Shown here: in pieces, positions 21,095-22,725 of the stretch
How positions within the stretch are numbered: the first letter of the stretch is position 1
Layout: each line of letters starts with the position of its first letter
Assembly (NCBI RefSeq): GCF_006345805.1
Contig: NW_021836787.1
Span: forward strand, 1 to 22,725
DNA from: Octopus sinensis
Taxonomy: Eukaryota
Length of the DNA: 22,725 bases
Direction: 5' to 3'
The notes under the pieces: generated by a model
Database searches by the model: none
Told to the model about the DNA's origin: nothing
Seen by the model: the letters and a program-made list of their open reading frames with translations, nothing else
Position numbers and translations under genes: made by a program

Positions 21095-21420
21095 CCCAGG
21101 AGAACGTCTCCTCCAGCTGGCTTTAGGCACACTTCTGTGCCCTTTCGGTATTTGCAAAGGGAGGTCATCCTTCCCTCGTCAACCTAAGTGGCTACCAAGC
21201 TACAGTAACACCCACCCTTAGTGGTTAGCCATATTGAGATGGCAATTATACCTCACATTGCCGTGCAGTTACTGTTTATACCTCGTTCAGAGATTTATTA
21301 TTGCCGAAAGAGCACAGAAAGTGTGCCTAAAGCAGCTGGAGATGTTCTACTGGGGCTACAAGCTACAGTAACACCCTCCCTTAGTGGTTAGCCATATTGA
21401 GATGACAAATGTACCTCACA
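21092..21420. repeat. Interlocked ~58-bp inverted repeat (21092-21150 / 21301-21357) and ~62-bp direct repeat (21196-21257 / 21359-21420)
   Basis: Direct alignment of the copies. Confidence 0.88.
21120..21243 (+). ncRNA. Candidate degenerate HDV-like ribozyme
   Basis: P1 GC(T)TTAGG / CCTAAGT with a G-U base followed by GG; L3-like CCCTCGT; P2 gtcatc/gatggc; hairpins in J1/2. P3 would need a lost G (TT[G]/CAA), and J4/2 (GCCAT) is non-canonical. Confidence 0.3.
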
Positions 21421-21480
21421 AGATAAGGACAAATATCCGTGAAATGTAAATAATGTAAATGTATATATATGTATATATAT

Positions 21481-22310
21481 ATTGTAGTGGACTACTGTAT
21501 GAGCCTTGCGTGTGAGAAACACCAGTGCTCTGGCTTTACTGTAGCGCCAACTCAGAGCAGTTGGGTCAAGGCTAAAAAGATATCTGATGCTGAATTTGGT
21601 GACGACAGGAGCAAACACAGTGCGGGAGGCAGAGGTGTTGATGTAGGATGTGGACACTGTGTCGATGTGTGTGGGCTGAAAATGAATGAGAATAAGATGA
21701 AGTATCTGATAGGGAAAATTAAGAATCCAGAGAAAGTTTTGAATGTAGGCGGGAAGCCAACAGAGTTTGTTGAGGACTTCCTGTATCTGAGAGCAAAGAT
21801 TGGGAACACAGAGGGTGATATAGTTGAGAGGAAGTGCAAATCCTGGGCGGTATCACACACCTTGAGAACTGTATGGATGTTAGACCGTCGTAAATTCTTG
21901 AAGATCCGTCTCTTCCTTGCTGCAGTGGAGTCTGTGCTATTGTACGGGTCTGAGACTTGGACACTGACCAAGAAACTCACTCAGATGGGGCATGGGTGCT
22001 ACACGAGAATGCTGAGGATGACTCTAAACATTAATCAGTATACACTTAGGATGAACTACTCAGAGCTGTACGACAGCCTCCCAGTAGCTCGCTCGAAAAT
22101 AATACGGAAGTGACTGAGATTAGCTGGACATGCTCACTGTCTTTCAGAGTTGATACTGCACCCATTGCTCCTGTGACACATGCAAAGAGTGAGACCGAGT
22201 ATAACATATGTTAATGCCCTAAGGGAAACACAGGACTTGGCAGCGATGATGAAGGACAACGACTGTTGGAGATAACTCGTCCATGGATCTCGGGAATTGT
22301 ACCCGCCAAG

Positions 22311-22313
<3 letters not shown>
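21481..22313 (+). pseudogene. RTE-like LINE reverse transcriptase C-terminal fragment
   Basis: VDYCM...GFTV...ISDAEFGDD (degenerate FADD motif), GLKMNENK, VEDFLYL, LKIRLFLAAVESVLLYGSETWTLTK, CYTRMLRM, LRLAGH, terminal MMKDNDCWR; stops present. Confidence 0.88.
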
Positions 22314-22377
<64 letters not shown>

Positions 22378-22384
22378 TAATAAT

Positions 22385-22417
<33 letters not shown>

Positions 22418-22425
22418 GAGATAGA

Positions 22426-22462
<37 letters not shown>

Positions 22463-22514
22463 GATAGATAGACAGACAGATATATAGACAGACATAAGAC
22501 AGAAATAGATCGAT

Positions 22515-22574
<60 letters not shown>
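22314..22574. repeat. Compound (TA)n/(GATA)n/(GA)n microsatellite
   Basis: Direct reading. Confidence 0.95.
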
Positions 22575-22677
22575 TACCTTGGTCGGAGGGTTGTTAAAGT
22601 GAAGGTAGCAGAGATGCTACCCGCAGTGGACACCCCCTTACTGGCAGCGACAGGGGAGAATTAAAATCTTAGAAATA

Positions 22678-22725
22678 CAGAGGAGTGGCTGGGTGTTAAG
22701 AAGCTTTCTTCTCAAACACGTGTTC
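22678..22725 (+). mobile_element. 5' end of a family A-like SINE, cut by the window edge
   Basis: caggagtggctgggtgttaagaagctttcttctcaaacac resembles the family A head. Confidence 0.55.

Overview
AT-rich, repeat-saturated animal genomic DNA with no intact host gene. The SINE families resemble those I recall from octopus genomes (recognition from memory, not a search). Most ORF-track entries are microsatellite artefacts. Recognisable coding remnants: a cecropia-type mariner transposase pseudogene (1133-2079, +), a 5'-truncated CR1-group LINE (8470-9343, -), a decayed Penelope-like (PLE) RT/linker fragment (about 13990-14975, -) and an RTE-like RT fragment (21481-22313, +). There are also several tRNA-derived SINEs, three MITE-like elements and a non-autonomous Helitron-like element. 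The main signal is non-coding: three unrelated families of minimal type I hammerhead ribozyme (HHR) motifs, all inside fold-back or tandem DNA. They are a ~546-bp tandem array that switches orientation and carries 7 variant HHR-like motifs (4390-8117), an HHR in the loop of a 116-bp-arm hairpin (15447-15510), and two divergent HHRs in a ~530-bp palindrome (19928-20456). A degenerate HDV-like ribozyme candidate lies upstream of the RTE fragment. All alignments and folds were done by eye; no ribozyme activity is shown.
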